Part shown: piece by piece, positions 1 to 12,644 of the stretch
Position numbering within the stretch: the first letter of the stretch is position 1
How the letters are laid out: each line of letters starts with the position of its first letter
Source: Camelus dromedarius
Taxonomy: Eukaryota
Length of the DNA: 64,000 bases
Reading direction: 5' to 3'
NCBI RefSeq assembly: GCF_036321535.1
Contig: NC_087436.1
Span: 90,646,001-90,710,000 of the forward strand
The notes under the pieces: model-generated
Seen by the model: the letters and a program-made list of their open reading frames with translations, nothing else
What the model was told of the DNA's origin: nothing
Databases searched by the model: none
Program-made: the position numbers and the translations under genes

Positions 1-139
1 CAGAAACAAAGCTAAACCCCACATCTTTTCTGTTCATACATTTTTGTGACTATTGAAAAAATGTCACTTCTTTCAGGTTGCAAAACTGAATGATGGCTTT
101 AAAATAATTTTCTGCTGCTATATATTTATTTAATATTAA

Positions 140-310
140 AGAACATTGTAATGAGAGACAGGAGACCTGTCAAACCTCAATGTATGTGACTCCATTTATA
201 AACTTGGGCAAGAGTTACTCAGCCTATGTAGGCCTTTCATTCTCCATCAGTAAAATAAAGTAATAGGATAATCTTAACGCCCCTTAGAGCACTGATGTTT
301 CTAACTTCTT
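140..310 (+). mobile_element. MIR SINE fragment
   Basis: Degenerate MIR core: aaacttgggcaagagttactcagcc...ttctccatcagtaaaataaag; boundaries approximate. Confidence 0.6.
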
Positions 311-1029
311 TATACACAATCATCTCTAATGTATCAATTTCAAAAAGTTTCCTGGAACTTACTGTGTACACAAGTAGTCTTCCATTTACATTATGCACAA
401 TTATCAAAACCCTACATATTTTAATGCAGAAAATAAAGCACAGAGCACAAAGTTGGGAGATATTCATGTTTCTCTTTTACTGAAACTCCCTGGTGCCCAG
501 TCTTTCCTAGTTAAAGTTTGAAATTCGATTTCATTGCAGAATCAGAGAATCTACAATCTGCAATGTTTGTTTACCCTTATATAACCCAATTTTCCCTCTA
601 AAGTAGGTAAGAACATTCTATGGAGAAAAACCTACTGCTCCAGGAGAGAGCCCAAATGATTTCAAAATTGCAACTTCAAGTGTGCTGCATGCAAATACTG
701 TTTCTGCCTCACTCACTCCCCATGGCCGCAGCTTGTTTGGGGTGCCCTTGCTGACCCAATTTTCATGAATAAACTATTAAAAAAAAGTTTTGTTCATTCT
801 ACCAGTACTTTCTGCATTCCCCAATGCGTGCTAAGAAATTTCCAACATAATTTCAAAAAAGGCTGCATGGTGCATGGTCAATTCAAAAAAATATATAGGA
901 TTAGAACTAATGCAAAAGCATAGAGAGTAAGATTTGGCACATAGGACAAGGTTATTTAGGGAAAGACTTCAAAGAAAATAGTTGAATATCTTTTGATTAA
1001 TTCCTTATTGTCCCACATCAAGAACCAAT

Positions 1030-1226
1030 TTTTTTAGCTTCCATATATAAGTGAAATCATATAATACTTGTCTTTCTCTGTCTTGATTTATTCACATAAT
1101 ACCCTCCATGTCCATCCATGTTGTTGCAAATGGCAAGATATTGTTCTTTTTATGGCTGAGTAGTACCCCATGGTATATGCATATGTGTATTCTCTTTATT
1201 CATTCTCAGATGGACACCTAAGTTGT
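1030..1226 (-). mobile_element. L1 3' end fragment (antisense)
   Basis: tgtccatccatgttgttgcaaatggcaagat...tttttatggctgagtagt is the reverse complement of the conserved L1 ORF2-end/3'UTR. Confidence 0.85.
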
Positions 1227-1255
1227 AATATAATATTATATATCAATTATATTTC

Positions 1256-1528
<273 letters not shown>

Positions 1529-2659
1529 CCAATTCTTCCCATTGGGCTACATTAAAAAAGGTTGGCTGCCAGTTCCATGCTTAATGACTTCAGAGCTTGG
1601 AGCTCAGCAGGACATGAGCTAGAGCAGTTACTATACCAGAACAAAAGAATCATTTTCCTTTAGAAAGGAAGATTTGTTACAGAATATATATTCATGATAC
1701 ATTTTTAAGTAATAGGAATATTTTGATATATCATAGTTATGTCCATTTAAGGGTGTGATGAAGACATTCTGCTTTCTGGATTAACAAATGAATTATCAAG
1801 ACTTTCGCCAAAAAGATAATCTTACATCCCATCCGTTTCTGTACTTCCAGCATTAGTAAAAGAGGCATCATCCTTTTATCTTTGCTGCATGAAGACAGTG
1901 AAATTGTAATTTTAATTCCAACAGGAAAAGGTTTACAAATATCCTTACATGGGTCTTCATATTAAAATACAATTTTATATGGTCTTTTAAGAACTCAAAT
2001 TATATTTAAAAGTAGGTTCCAAAAAGAGTATTCTACAGCACTGTGAATGAAAATATATGCAGAGAGAGGAGGGAAAAGGAGCCTTGTTATCCAATTTCTT
2101 TTTCTTATCTTACAGAGAGAGGAAAGCCAAAGAGGTGAAGTGACTTGTTCAGAGTAACACAGCAGTATGAGAGAGAGCAGATATCTGCAGATACTCACTT
2201 ACAGCACAGGTGTTTCTCAACGGCAAGTGTGAGTAAATTGTAGTCTGAAGTGTTAGATTGTATGGCAAGCAGATACGTTGTGGCAAAAAAAGGCTTTTTT
2301 TTTTCCTGGAATTTACAATATCTACTTTCCATACCCCTCTGGTTTTCAGCCTCCTCTGTCACCCATCTGACTGCCATTTATTATTTGTTAAATATGTTCC
2401 CAGGTTGTGTGATATCCAGAGTTACCAAATTGAGCTGAGCATCTTTAGGGATAAGAGAAACTGGTAAAATGATAGTGATGAAGTTGGTGGTAAGCAAGAA
2501 CAGCAACATATATTTGAATACAAACTGAAATACGTAATTTTTGAAAATCTGAGAATTCTGTACAATAAATTTGGAGAACAATCTTTAGCCCTTTTTCATT
2601 TCTCCTCACTTTACACACCCCCTTCATTGGATGTTGAGGTATTGAGGCACAATGTTCAT

Positions 2660-3100
2660 GCTATGGCAGTAACTGCCATAGGTCACCAACCCTATTACAT
2701 CATTTTCCTGGGCTAATTGCTAGAAAATATTTCCCAGACTTTTTTGCACGTGGGGATAGGAGGAGGGTACTTTAGCCAAGAGACCATAAGTAGAAATGAT
2801 GAGCATTACTTCCAGGTCTTTCCCATAAAAATATCACCCCATGTAAAATAACCTGTGTATTTCTGATTCCCCCTCCCCCTGGATTGATGCAAATTAACAC
2901 AGTGATTTACAAGACCATGCTAGAAGCACAAGATAAAAGAGACTGGCTCTCTGAAACATCATTTGGAGGAAAACCACCTGCCGTAAGGAAGATCCCCTCA
3001 TGGATTTTGAATGAATTCCTTTTTTTTTTTTTTTTTTTTTTTTTTGTTTGACATTGTACCCACTGGAGTTTGTTAGTTGCTAGCATTATATTAACTACTA
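2660..3100 (+). mobile_element. Old MaLR/ERVL solo LTR (MLT1I/J-like)
   Basis: atatttcccagactttttgcac...agaaatgatgagcattacttccaggtc...tttgttagttgctagcattatattaact resembles the MLT1J-type consensus. Confidence 0.6.
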
Positions 3101-5929
3101 TGCTACCTAACTAGTGAGAGTCATTTTTAATTCCCACCCCTTGCCTTGCCAGGAAAAGTCCTTAAAAATAAACTATTTACTCTCTAACTGTCAATCATAG
3201 TTTATAGGACCAATACAGGTTATGGGCAGTGACTCCTCACCTGGGGAATTTGCCTCCCTGGGATTGGATCTGCCCTCCTTCTTCCTCTAAGCCTATACTT
3301 GAGAATTACTATTGTAAATAATGGGTAGTTCTGAAGCAAGTGTGTTATGCTGTGAAAAAAAAAAAAAAGTCCAGCAGTAGTCAGAAATACCAATTAGTGT
3401 CTCGTACCTTCCATGATATCATTAGCATTTATCAGATCCTTTCAACATCTTGAACCAAAACATCTTTTTCTCTTTTTAATGTGGGGATTCCAGTCACTAT
3501 GGCAGGTAGTGGTAATGAGACAGGAAGAATAAATGTCATCTTTTTTAGTAGGGAGACTGGGAGTGAAGACAGGGTCTCAGCCTTCAAAATCTTTCTCAGT
3601 GGGTGAAATTAACACCAATTCTATATCAAGTCAGTGCAATCTGAGGTGGTACAAATATTAACTTTTTTTTTTTCTGCTGTTTGAAAATTACCCAGGTATG
3701 TCTTACTGGACTCTGCATTATATCTTGGGATTTTTTTTCCCACTTAATATAGGAATAACCTATACTATACTATCTAACTATTACCTTAATATTTTCCCTG
3801 TGAACCCTTGGAATCTGAGGTCTATCAAAGTGATTATTAAATAATACAGCATACCCTTAAAGGCAAAATTTAACAATCAATAATTAAGAATCATTGGTTT
3901 AGTCTCAAAACTGCTTCGTTTAGCCATCTCTCTACCCAGGGATTTCACTGCGGTTGACAGCAGAGTTGGCAAGCATTTCCATTTCTCCCTGGGACAATAA
4001 TTCTTACTATCTACCCTGATTCTGTCTGGCGGAACTCTAAATCACTATCTAAAGTCTGGATAAGCCAAAAATAGCTTCACCTTGGGAAAGAGTCTGTATT
4101 ATCAGACTTGGGTGATTCTTTGTGAAAATTTCATGTACCTATTAGTATTCTTAAAGAAAATATTTCTAAACTGATATTTTGATACTTTGATAATAAACTC
4201 TTGCTTTTAACATTTTTCATGTTTAGTTATATCTATATAATAATGCCTCTCTGCTTGAATTCCACTTTAAATATATTGTGAGGAGTGAAATAAGAATCCC
4301 CATCAACTGTTATATATTTTAGTAATTAGAAAGAAATAGAAATTTTCATTCTAATTGAGAAGTTTCTGGCCTTATCTTAAATGAGGTCAAATAAAAACTT
4401 GGGGAAACTGTAAGGATGTAATTAAACGGACATTCTTTTTATAAATAATTACATGTATACTGGAATCTTGACAGTTGTTGTGAGGATGGGGAGGTAAATC
4501 AACTTTTCAGTGTAAGTACTAATGAAAATTAAATGTGATTAAGAGGGTTCCTCTAAAACTTAGTCAGAGAGTTATGTAATCAAGTTTTAAGTTTAAATGC
4601 CTCTGCAAAATAGTTTGTCTGCATCATTAAATTGCCATGTTCACTAGCCATGAGGAAAACCTGCTGTGTGACCAGGTTAAAGCTGAAGATGGTACAATTC
4701 CAAGTGTAATGTAGGCAATGGGCATATGTACTTTATTCCTTCTAATGTGAGAGGGCATTTCAAAGTGATTTCTTTGGAGCATTATTACCAAATATAGCAA
4801 AGGGATTGGGCCATGGGGCTTTTGATCTTATCAGAAGCCTGAGTCTGTACCTTATAGTGATAACTTTGTTATTTACCAGCAGCGCTCTATAAATAGGTCT
4901 GAAAATTAAAATGAAAGGAGTACAAATCGGTGAAAAGAACATAGATAATCTGATTTTGGGGGCCTTGGACAGAGACTGTTGTTTCACAATTTCAGAGCAG
5001 AGACTCCATGGCATTTCTGAAGTTTCATGGTTCTGGTGAACATTCTATATCCTGGCATACACCATGGTTTGGGGTCTTCACAGCAATGGAGGCATAATAA
5101 ATCCAGCTACAAGCTCCACAGTGTTTTCCTCAGTTATAGTGTTCTTGACACACGTATGAGAACATTTTCTCTAAGTCTCATTGAGACGAATTCTGTGTGG
5201 ATTGCTAAACCTTTCTCCAGGCAACTGGGTAATGTGTGTCCGGGGATAACTCAGAGGGACTCTGGTGCGTCTCTTAAAAGAAGCTAATCATACTCTTGTG
5301 AGATGATAGTTACCAACACAAACTGATTAATCTTTAAGGTTTAAAGTTACTTTGAACATCCAGGGAGTCCACACCCTTTCTGATTCATGAATCTCTCCCA
5401 GTGCAGGGAAATTGGTACTTCTCAAGAGAGAGCAACATGCCTAGAGACAGTTGTGAAAGTAAGAATGTCATTCCTTACGTTGTGCTCATTATTACTTCTT
5501 CTTTTGTCTTGGAGCATAAACTGCCTGGTACAGTATTTCTAACAACATGGTCCCTAAACCAAACTCAACGCACTATATCTTAATTACGGGAAGCAACAAT
5601 AATCTAAGTACATTTCTTTCTGAACCCCAGATTAGCTCTTAAAAAACGATATGCCATTCCTTTTATATAAACCTAAATCCAAATAATAATTTTGTCTATT
5701 GAAAATGGCAAATTATTCCAACAGATAGCAATCACTTTATGTCATATATTTTTGTAAACCCCATAATAATTATTGATGAAAACTTCAAGAATTTTCAAGT
5801 CTCATTTTCTTTTAAATGATTTGACCTCCTAAGACAACCATTTAACAGAACCTTGAACAAAATAAGATTTACCTCTATAATTCTAGATTTCATCTCACAC
5901 ATGCAGAGAACAGACATACACGTCTCTTT

Positions 5930-6475
5930 CTATCTGCATCAAAGTTCTCCAGAGAAACAGAACCCTGGGGAGATATTTTTATTTAATATATTACACTTAA
6001 TCATATATACATATATGTACATGATTCTTAGAATGAGGTTTTTAGATTATAAGAAATTGGCTCAAGCTACTATGTAGACCTTAAAAGTCTCATGATCTTC
6101 CTCTGCCATCTGTGAGATGGAGATCCAGGAAAACCAGGAATGAGTAAATCCCAGACCGGGTCTTATGTTCTCAGAACCAGAAGTGCTGACGGTGGAAGTC
6201 CCAGCTGGAGCGCAGAAGACTGATGTCTCAGCTCAAGAAGTCAGGCAAAGAGAGAGAGCAATTAATCTTTCTCTACCTATTCAGGCCTTCCAGGGATTGG
6301 ACACTTGGATAATACTTAGCCACATTAGTAGGGCAATCTGCTTTACCCAGTCCACCAACTTAAATGCTAATCATTTTCAGAAACAGCCTCACAGACACAC
6401 CCAGAAATAATGTTTAACCAGTTATCTGGCCATCTCATGGCCCAGTCAAGGTGACTCATAAAATTAGCCATCACA
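5930..6475 (-). mobile_element. ERVL solo LTR (MLT2-type)
   Basis: Starts gttctccagagaaacagaacc and ends cccagtcaaggtgactcataaaattagccatcaca (reverse complement of MLT2 TGTGATGGTTAATTTTATG...); possible GTCTC TSD at 5922 and 6476. Confidence 0.85.
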
Positions 6476-7244
6476 GTCTCCCTAGTCAAATTAGCCTGTT
6501 AAGAACTGTAACAATCACTGACTCATCCATTTCCCACTATTGATAAAAAATAATAGTTAAAAATATGTATATATGTGTGTAACAATTAAGTAACATTCAT
6601 AAAGAAATGCGGTATTTTATATATCCTCATTCAATTAGATTTCATCATGCTGTACTGGGTCATTCTTCCAATCTGTGCCAATATTTTAAAGTTGTAATAC
6701 TCTTACACATAATATTTACTGTTTGCCTATAACATCATCCATACATTTGATATTTACAACCTTCTGTGTCATCTATATTGATGACTTTAAAAAGGGAAAG
6801 AAAGAGGGCTATGGGAAGAATCTTACATCACATACTAAACATTTAATCAGGTTGTCCTCAACTTACTATTAAACTCATTTAAATACATTATACAGTTTGG
6901 GAGCAATGCACCTTATTGTTGTTGCCTTGAATCCATATTTGTCCACTTGATACATAAAAATAACCTGAGAGCCTTTTTAAAATACCTCAGATATACTGTT
7001 GGAAGCAACATCCTGTGTTTTAATAAGATAATTAAAACAAGTAAATGAGATAGTGTGAAGGCCCATGAAAGAAGTATGTCAGCCCCCAGCAATCACTACT
7101 TTCTTATCAATGCCCAAATAACTTGTTCTAATAATTCCCAGTAAAACTTAGTTTGTGATGCCATCGAAATAAATAATCCACATTTTTATGAAATACTCAA
7201 CTGCTCATTTTTTGAAACAGTATCTTGTACCCATCCTTAATTCT

Positions 7245-7643
7245 TATTTATTTCAACTACTCATTGCTTTATCACAACCCACCATAAAACTTAGTTACTT
7301 CAAACAGAAGTTCACAATTTGGTAACTTGGGTTGGGCTTGGAGGACAGTATTCTGTCTTGCCTAAGTTTCCTCACATGGCCGTCTGGACGTGTGGTCCCA
7401 TGTGAAATCACTCACACGTCTGGCAGTTCACTGGTGCTATCTGGGAAGCCTTGTTCCTCTCAACTTCTCTCTAGTAGGATATGTCAGGTTTCTTACCGGG
7501 CAGTGATGCCATTTCAGTTGGCAAGCCGTAATTCATTATCACTTATCAAATTTCTAGGAGGTCAGGGTGGGAGATGTCTATACACCTGTGTAAATATGGG
7601 AGGCTTCATTCATTGGGGATCTTTGACCTAACAGTCTACCTAG
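7245..7643 (-). mobile_element. MaLR solo LTR (MLT1G/H-like)
   Basis: attgctttatcacaacccaccataaaacttagttacttcaaac at one end and ttcattggggat...taacagtctacc at the other. Confidence 0.65.
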
Positions 7644-7906
7644 TTACATTTCTTGTTCTCCACATTTCTTCAGAAATAACTGACAACCATTTTACCATTC
7701 CATTTGTAGACTAACCAGAAATAACTAGGAAATAATTAACTGAGCACAAGTCTTGAGTACTTAAAAATTTCATCCTCTCTCCCCATGTTGAGTTTCAAGA
7801 TTCATTTGGGAGTCTTTACAGGGATAGAAATGCAAATTTAAGAGTAGAGCCAGAGTGCCAGAGATAGGGGCTCTGATCCAAAAGAAAAGAAAATCAAGCG
7901 CTGAAA

Positions 7907-7911
<5 letters not shown>

Positions 7912-7956
<45 letters not shown>
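7912..7956 (+). repeat. (TG)~22 microsatellite
   Basis: Perfect TG run. Confidence 0.98.
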
Positions 7957-7958
<2 letters not shown>

Positions 7959-10900
7959 TCATTTTCAGAGAATTTTTGTGAAGGCAGAGGAAGACCTGAA
8001 TAAAATATAATTGAATGAGGAAGATCAGTTGAAACAGATAGCTGCACCTATGAGAGACACATTCCTGGAATGAGCAACAGTTTTACTAAGGTAGGAATTG
8101 GCACAGTCAAAGAGATAAGAAACAAAGCAGCAAGAGAGAGATAACGTTTTCCCCCAAGGCCAGGCTGGATATTCTCTAACAAGATAATTCCTACAGTGAT
8201 TGTTTTAATCTGATTCACTTCCCTGTAGGGTGCTCTATAGTTACTTCCTGAAGAAGTTCCACTTTCCCTTACCAAGGTTTTCTTTTTCATTTTAAGTCCA
8301 AATATTAGTCCTTTTGGCAGAGGAAGCAGAAACAATTAGCAGTTAAGCAATTCTTCAAGGAATTGTGTAGAAAAGATTCCAAATCATGAATATATAGTTC
8401 TCTTTTGTTCACTAGATTTTAACCCTCACACTTCATTTTATAAAAATGGTATTAACTCAGATGTTTAGCAAATCTCTCTATACAGATAAGATAGCTATGA
8501 AAAATATACACATGCACACATATGGTTTATCATCATATTCTAGATCACCCAGAGGTCATCATTAATGAAAATATTTGTAGATCTATGGCAAACTTTAGGT
8601 CGTTTCTTCTAAGGCAGAAAAAAATGCCTAGACTCTTCCCCTTCCATTGTCTTAGCAATGGGAAGGAATAAGAAAACAGAAGTGAGAGAAGTTGGTGCTC
8701 AGATATATTAACTACCATTTATATGGGCTGTCCAATGGAACATTTGTGAGAGACTCTTAAGGCCAAATGAGGCTTAAGTATCAGTTATTTGCCAAGTTTT
8801 CTAAGGCAATTAGAAGAAAACAAGCAGTGAGCCAAAAGGCAAAGAAGGATACAGATAAACAAGTTGAATGAGCCATTAAAGTGACACTGGGCAGAAATAA
8901 AGGGACAATGGAGGGTGATATAAGGGAGTTGCAGGAAGAGTGAGCTGAGGTAGAACTTTACATGATGCAGATAACAGCTGGTGGAGGAAAACTCAAATAG
9001 GTGTGTCTATATAATCATGTCCATGGGGTCTATCTGAATTACATCAAGGTAAATGAATAAACTACCACTTGCTCTAGCCAGTGGTATGAGAGGGAGCCTT
9101 ATTCATAAAACTTTATAATTTTGTGAGGCATTGTAGGTCACCAAAGGCACTAGTCTGGCATTTTAAATGCCCCAATTGTCCGAAAGACTTTTTTTCAGTC
9201 TTCACTGTCTTTCAATAGACAATGAGGTACAAAAAAAAAAAATCCTTTTATACCAAAGTAGGTAGGACAGTAACTTTGACCATGATTGATCATTGCCTTG
9301 GGTCCGTCCTCAAGCAAATCTGGAGATTTTCTCATCCCTTCTTTTTATGAAAATAGAGAAAACTCACAAACGATACTACCAGACAGATGACTCTACCTCA
9401 TGGCAGGTTATGGGGTATTAATTCCCAAATCACTCAGACCTTTAGTTCTGAAAATGCAAAAATGTTTTAGAGTCTTCTCAGAGTACTGAGAAACCCAAGG
9501 GTTTAGAAGGGATCACAGTAAGGGAAAAGCAGTTAACATACCCAATCTTAATTATAGGACTAAAACATTTAATTTTAAGTAATACCAAGTTACTAAAAGT
9601 TCTTCCCTCTACTTTCCGGAGACAGATGTATGACTCCTTGTATAAATCTCTACTTACCCCTGGGACTTCTGGGGAAGGGAAAGGACTACCTAATGCAGGT
9701 AATAGTTTTTACTTCTGAAGAACAATGTCAATGTACAGTCCTTTGTCTTATACAAAGAAAATGAATAGTTTCCTTCAAGTCTGTTTTCAGACATGGGTGA
9801 CCAAAAACGTCCCATATTTAGTAGAAATTCTTAAATTATTTTATAGAAGATTAGTTGTCTGATGTTATGGAAAAGAATTACTCATCTTTAATCATACATC
9901 CTTAGTAAGCCTTAGAGAATTCTAGCCCGTGGTATGATTTAATCCAAATAAATTTAAAATCCCTTGGAGAACAGAGAGGTGGTCTTACTTACTGAGAATA
10001 CCACACATAATTGAATATCTGGCATCCCCTTCAAAGATATTTAGTTTTACATAATAGAAAATGCCTTCTGCTTTCTGGACAAAAATACAGAAGGTCCCAT
10101 GTACTATTAAGCTGAAACTGAGTTACAAAATGAGTCCAAATTGAAGCAGCTCTAGTGTTTTCACAAGGACAGCCAATCTCTCAGATTCAGAAGAGAGGAA
10201 TATATTCATTCATTACAGTCCTTGTTTTCAAACTACTGCCTCTTCACTGAATTTGATTATGAACTGTCATTTCTGTTGAACCATCTTTTCTTTCAGGTAG
10301 TGTTGGCTAAAATAAATTGTTTTTTTAATTTATAAAAGAGGTTATTTTTCTTTCTCTTGTAAGTTTTTTTTTTTTCTTTTTTCAGCATCACCTTAAAAAA
10401 ACAAACAGAACCATCAAGGGTCAAGAGAACTTCTCATCTATATTTTCTGTGACTGAGAAAAAATATTCTGTTCTTCTTTACAAAAGCACTATAAGAAACT
10501 ACAACAAAAACCTTGCCTCCAGGAGTACATAATATATTTATATCCATACAGAATGGGAATAGGTTAAAAGGTGTTTATAAATGCCTACATCTTCAAATCA
10601 ATGTAACACAGTGTTACAATTCAGATTTGTGGCTGACATTTTTACCTGGCTCTAGGACTTGTGAGCAAGTTATTGATTCTTAGACTCCTTATATTTAAAA
10701 TTGTGGGGAAATGTTTTCATAGAAAGAGCTAATATTTTGCAACATTTTTCACTAATATCAAAAGAAATAGTGTCATATATGTGAGATGAGTTGGTGGCTT
10801 AAGAGTAAGTTTTGCTTGAACTATCTGAATTAGCCACTTTTTAAAATTGGTAACATTGGCCAAAGAGTATAATTAAAGATGAATTATAAAAAAAAAAACA

Positions 10901-11059
10901 GTTTTAGCCATACACTGAGACACCTGTGCAAACGTTATAGAATAGACGAGTGGATAGAGGATATCTTCCTATGTCTTCTTTATTCAAAAGTCAGAAAGTA
11001 AGTGGAGGACACTGCATATGTATTTAGATTCCTTTGTTTTTAATTTTATAACCTTCATT

Positions 11060-11270
11060 GTTGGAGCTACTTTATACAAGTAATTTTACTTAATTTTCAC
11101 ATTATGCATATAGGGTAGGTATTATTATTACTATTACCATTGCACAGATGGGAAAACTAAATCTCAGGGAGATTTTATCACTCAGTCTAGTCACACTGAT
11201 AAGAGGAAAGACCACAATATGAACCCAGATGGCTCTAAGTTTAATGGAATCTTTTCACTGTACCTCAGCT
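11060..11270 (-). mobile_element. MIR SINE
   Basis: ggtattattattactattaccattgcacagatgggaaaactaaatctcag...tgaacccag is a reverse-complement MIR core. Confidence 0.7.
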
Positions 11271-11349
11271 CATTTATCTAATATTCATCTAAGATCAACT
11301 GAAGAAAGAGAATTGCAAATGTAGTATTTTAGCTGTATATCCAAATTGA

Positions 11350-12560
11350 AATCTCCTGTATATCTAACAGAAATCTCAATCTTAGTATGTCTGAAATTGA
11401 AACAAAATCCCTTGAATAGTTTTTCTAATTTCAATAAATGGCACCACAGGGAGCCTGTGAAACTCCTGCTCCAAACCTGGAGTTCAATCTAGCCTCTCTT
11501 TCCATCACTGTCCATGTCCCCAAATTTCCGTTTTTCTCTTTTTCTGTTAACTCTAGTCAAAGCCATCTAATCTCTCCTTCAGAATACCACACATCCAAAT
11601 CTGCCTCTCTGCTCCCCTACATGTCAACTCTTCCCACAGTGATCCACTTTCACAGTAGCCAGAGGAGTATTTATTTTGAAATAAAAAAAAACACATAAAA
11701 GTTTAACTCTCCACTCCCCACACACTGCTCTGATTCCTTGATTAGTTTTCTATTGCTAATAGAAAAAAAAAAAAAGTCAACTCCTTTTTGATGACAGATC
11801 CAGGTTTCATATTTTCCTGTCTACCTCTCTCCAGCCACACTTCATACCAGTCCTGTCTTTCTTACCATCTTAGATAGTTCAGGTTGCTATAACTAGTTAC
11901 CATAAATGCAGTGGCTTAAATGACAGATATTAATTTTCACTGTTCCAGATGCTGGAAATTCTGAGATCAGAGTGCCAGTGTGGGTGAGTTCTGGTGAGAA
12001 CCTGCTTCTTTTGCAGGTGCTCACTTCATTCTGTCCTCATCTCATCATGTCCTCAGGTGGCAGAAAAAGCAGAGAGGAAGCAACTTTTCTTTTGTCTCTT
12101 CTTATAATGACACTAATCTCATTGATGAGGGCTCCACCCGCACGACCTAATTACTTCTCAAAGGCCCCAACTCCTAATACCATCACACGGAGGGTCCGAA
12201 TTTCAAACAACTAAATTGTGGAGAGACATATTTAGTTCATAACACTTATCATATCCCAAACATTCTTAATCACTTTCTCAATCTTTGGATATACTAACCC
12301 CTTTCCTACTCCTTGGAATGTGTGATTATTATTTTCTCTTTTTAGAATAATCTTCTTCTGGTCCTTTGGAGAATAAGATTATTTGTTCTTTGAAATCTCA
12401 GCTGAGAAGGTTCCTAACACACCTTAGTTAGTTAACGAAAATTGCTTCCCTGGTTGCTAGCTTTTGCCTCACTTTGTTTATTTCCCTCACAATCTTCTAT
12501 TATTAGTTTCTATTTGTTTGTTTTCTTGTTTATTGTTGTCTCCCTCAGATCAAGGTCACA
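11350..12560 (+). mobile_element. L2 LINE fragment, interrupted by an MLT1A-like LTR
   Basis: tctcaatcttagtatgtctgaaattgaa (LKLNMSKTE-like), aataaatggcaccac, cacagtagccagagg, ctttgaaatctcagct. Confidence 0.7.
11866..12244 (-). mobile_element. MaLR solo LTR (MLT1A-like)
   Basis: gagggctccacccgcacgacctaattacttctcaaaggccccaactcctaataccatcacac; 5-bp TSD CTTAC (11861-11865) / CTTAT (12245-12249). Confidence 0.85.
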
Positions 12561-12644
12561 TTCAAATTTGGATCTTCAGCTCTTATCAAAATACTGACTA
12601 TATGTCTATTAAACCACCTAAAATTACAACAGTGACAACATCAA

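Noticed and set aside
531..564. 9-bp inverted repeat CATTGCAGA/TCTGCAATG, and similar short hairpins at ~9063 and ~26720
   Set aside because: Short enough to be expected by chance in 64 kb of AT-rich DNA
2203..2244. Minus-strand exon-like segment (cttcag...gtaagt), and similar candidates at ~8273, ~9658, ~23790 and ~50287
   Set aside because: Weak acceptors or donors, unrecognisable peptides, and no consistent reading frame linking them
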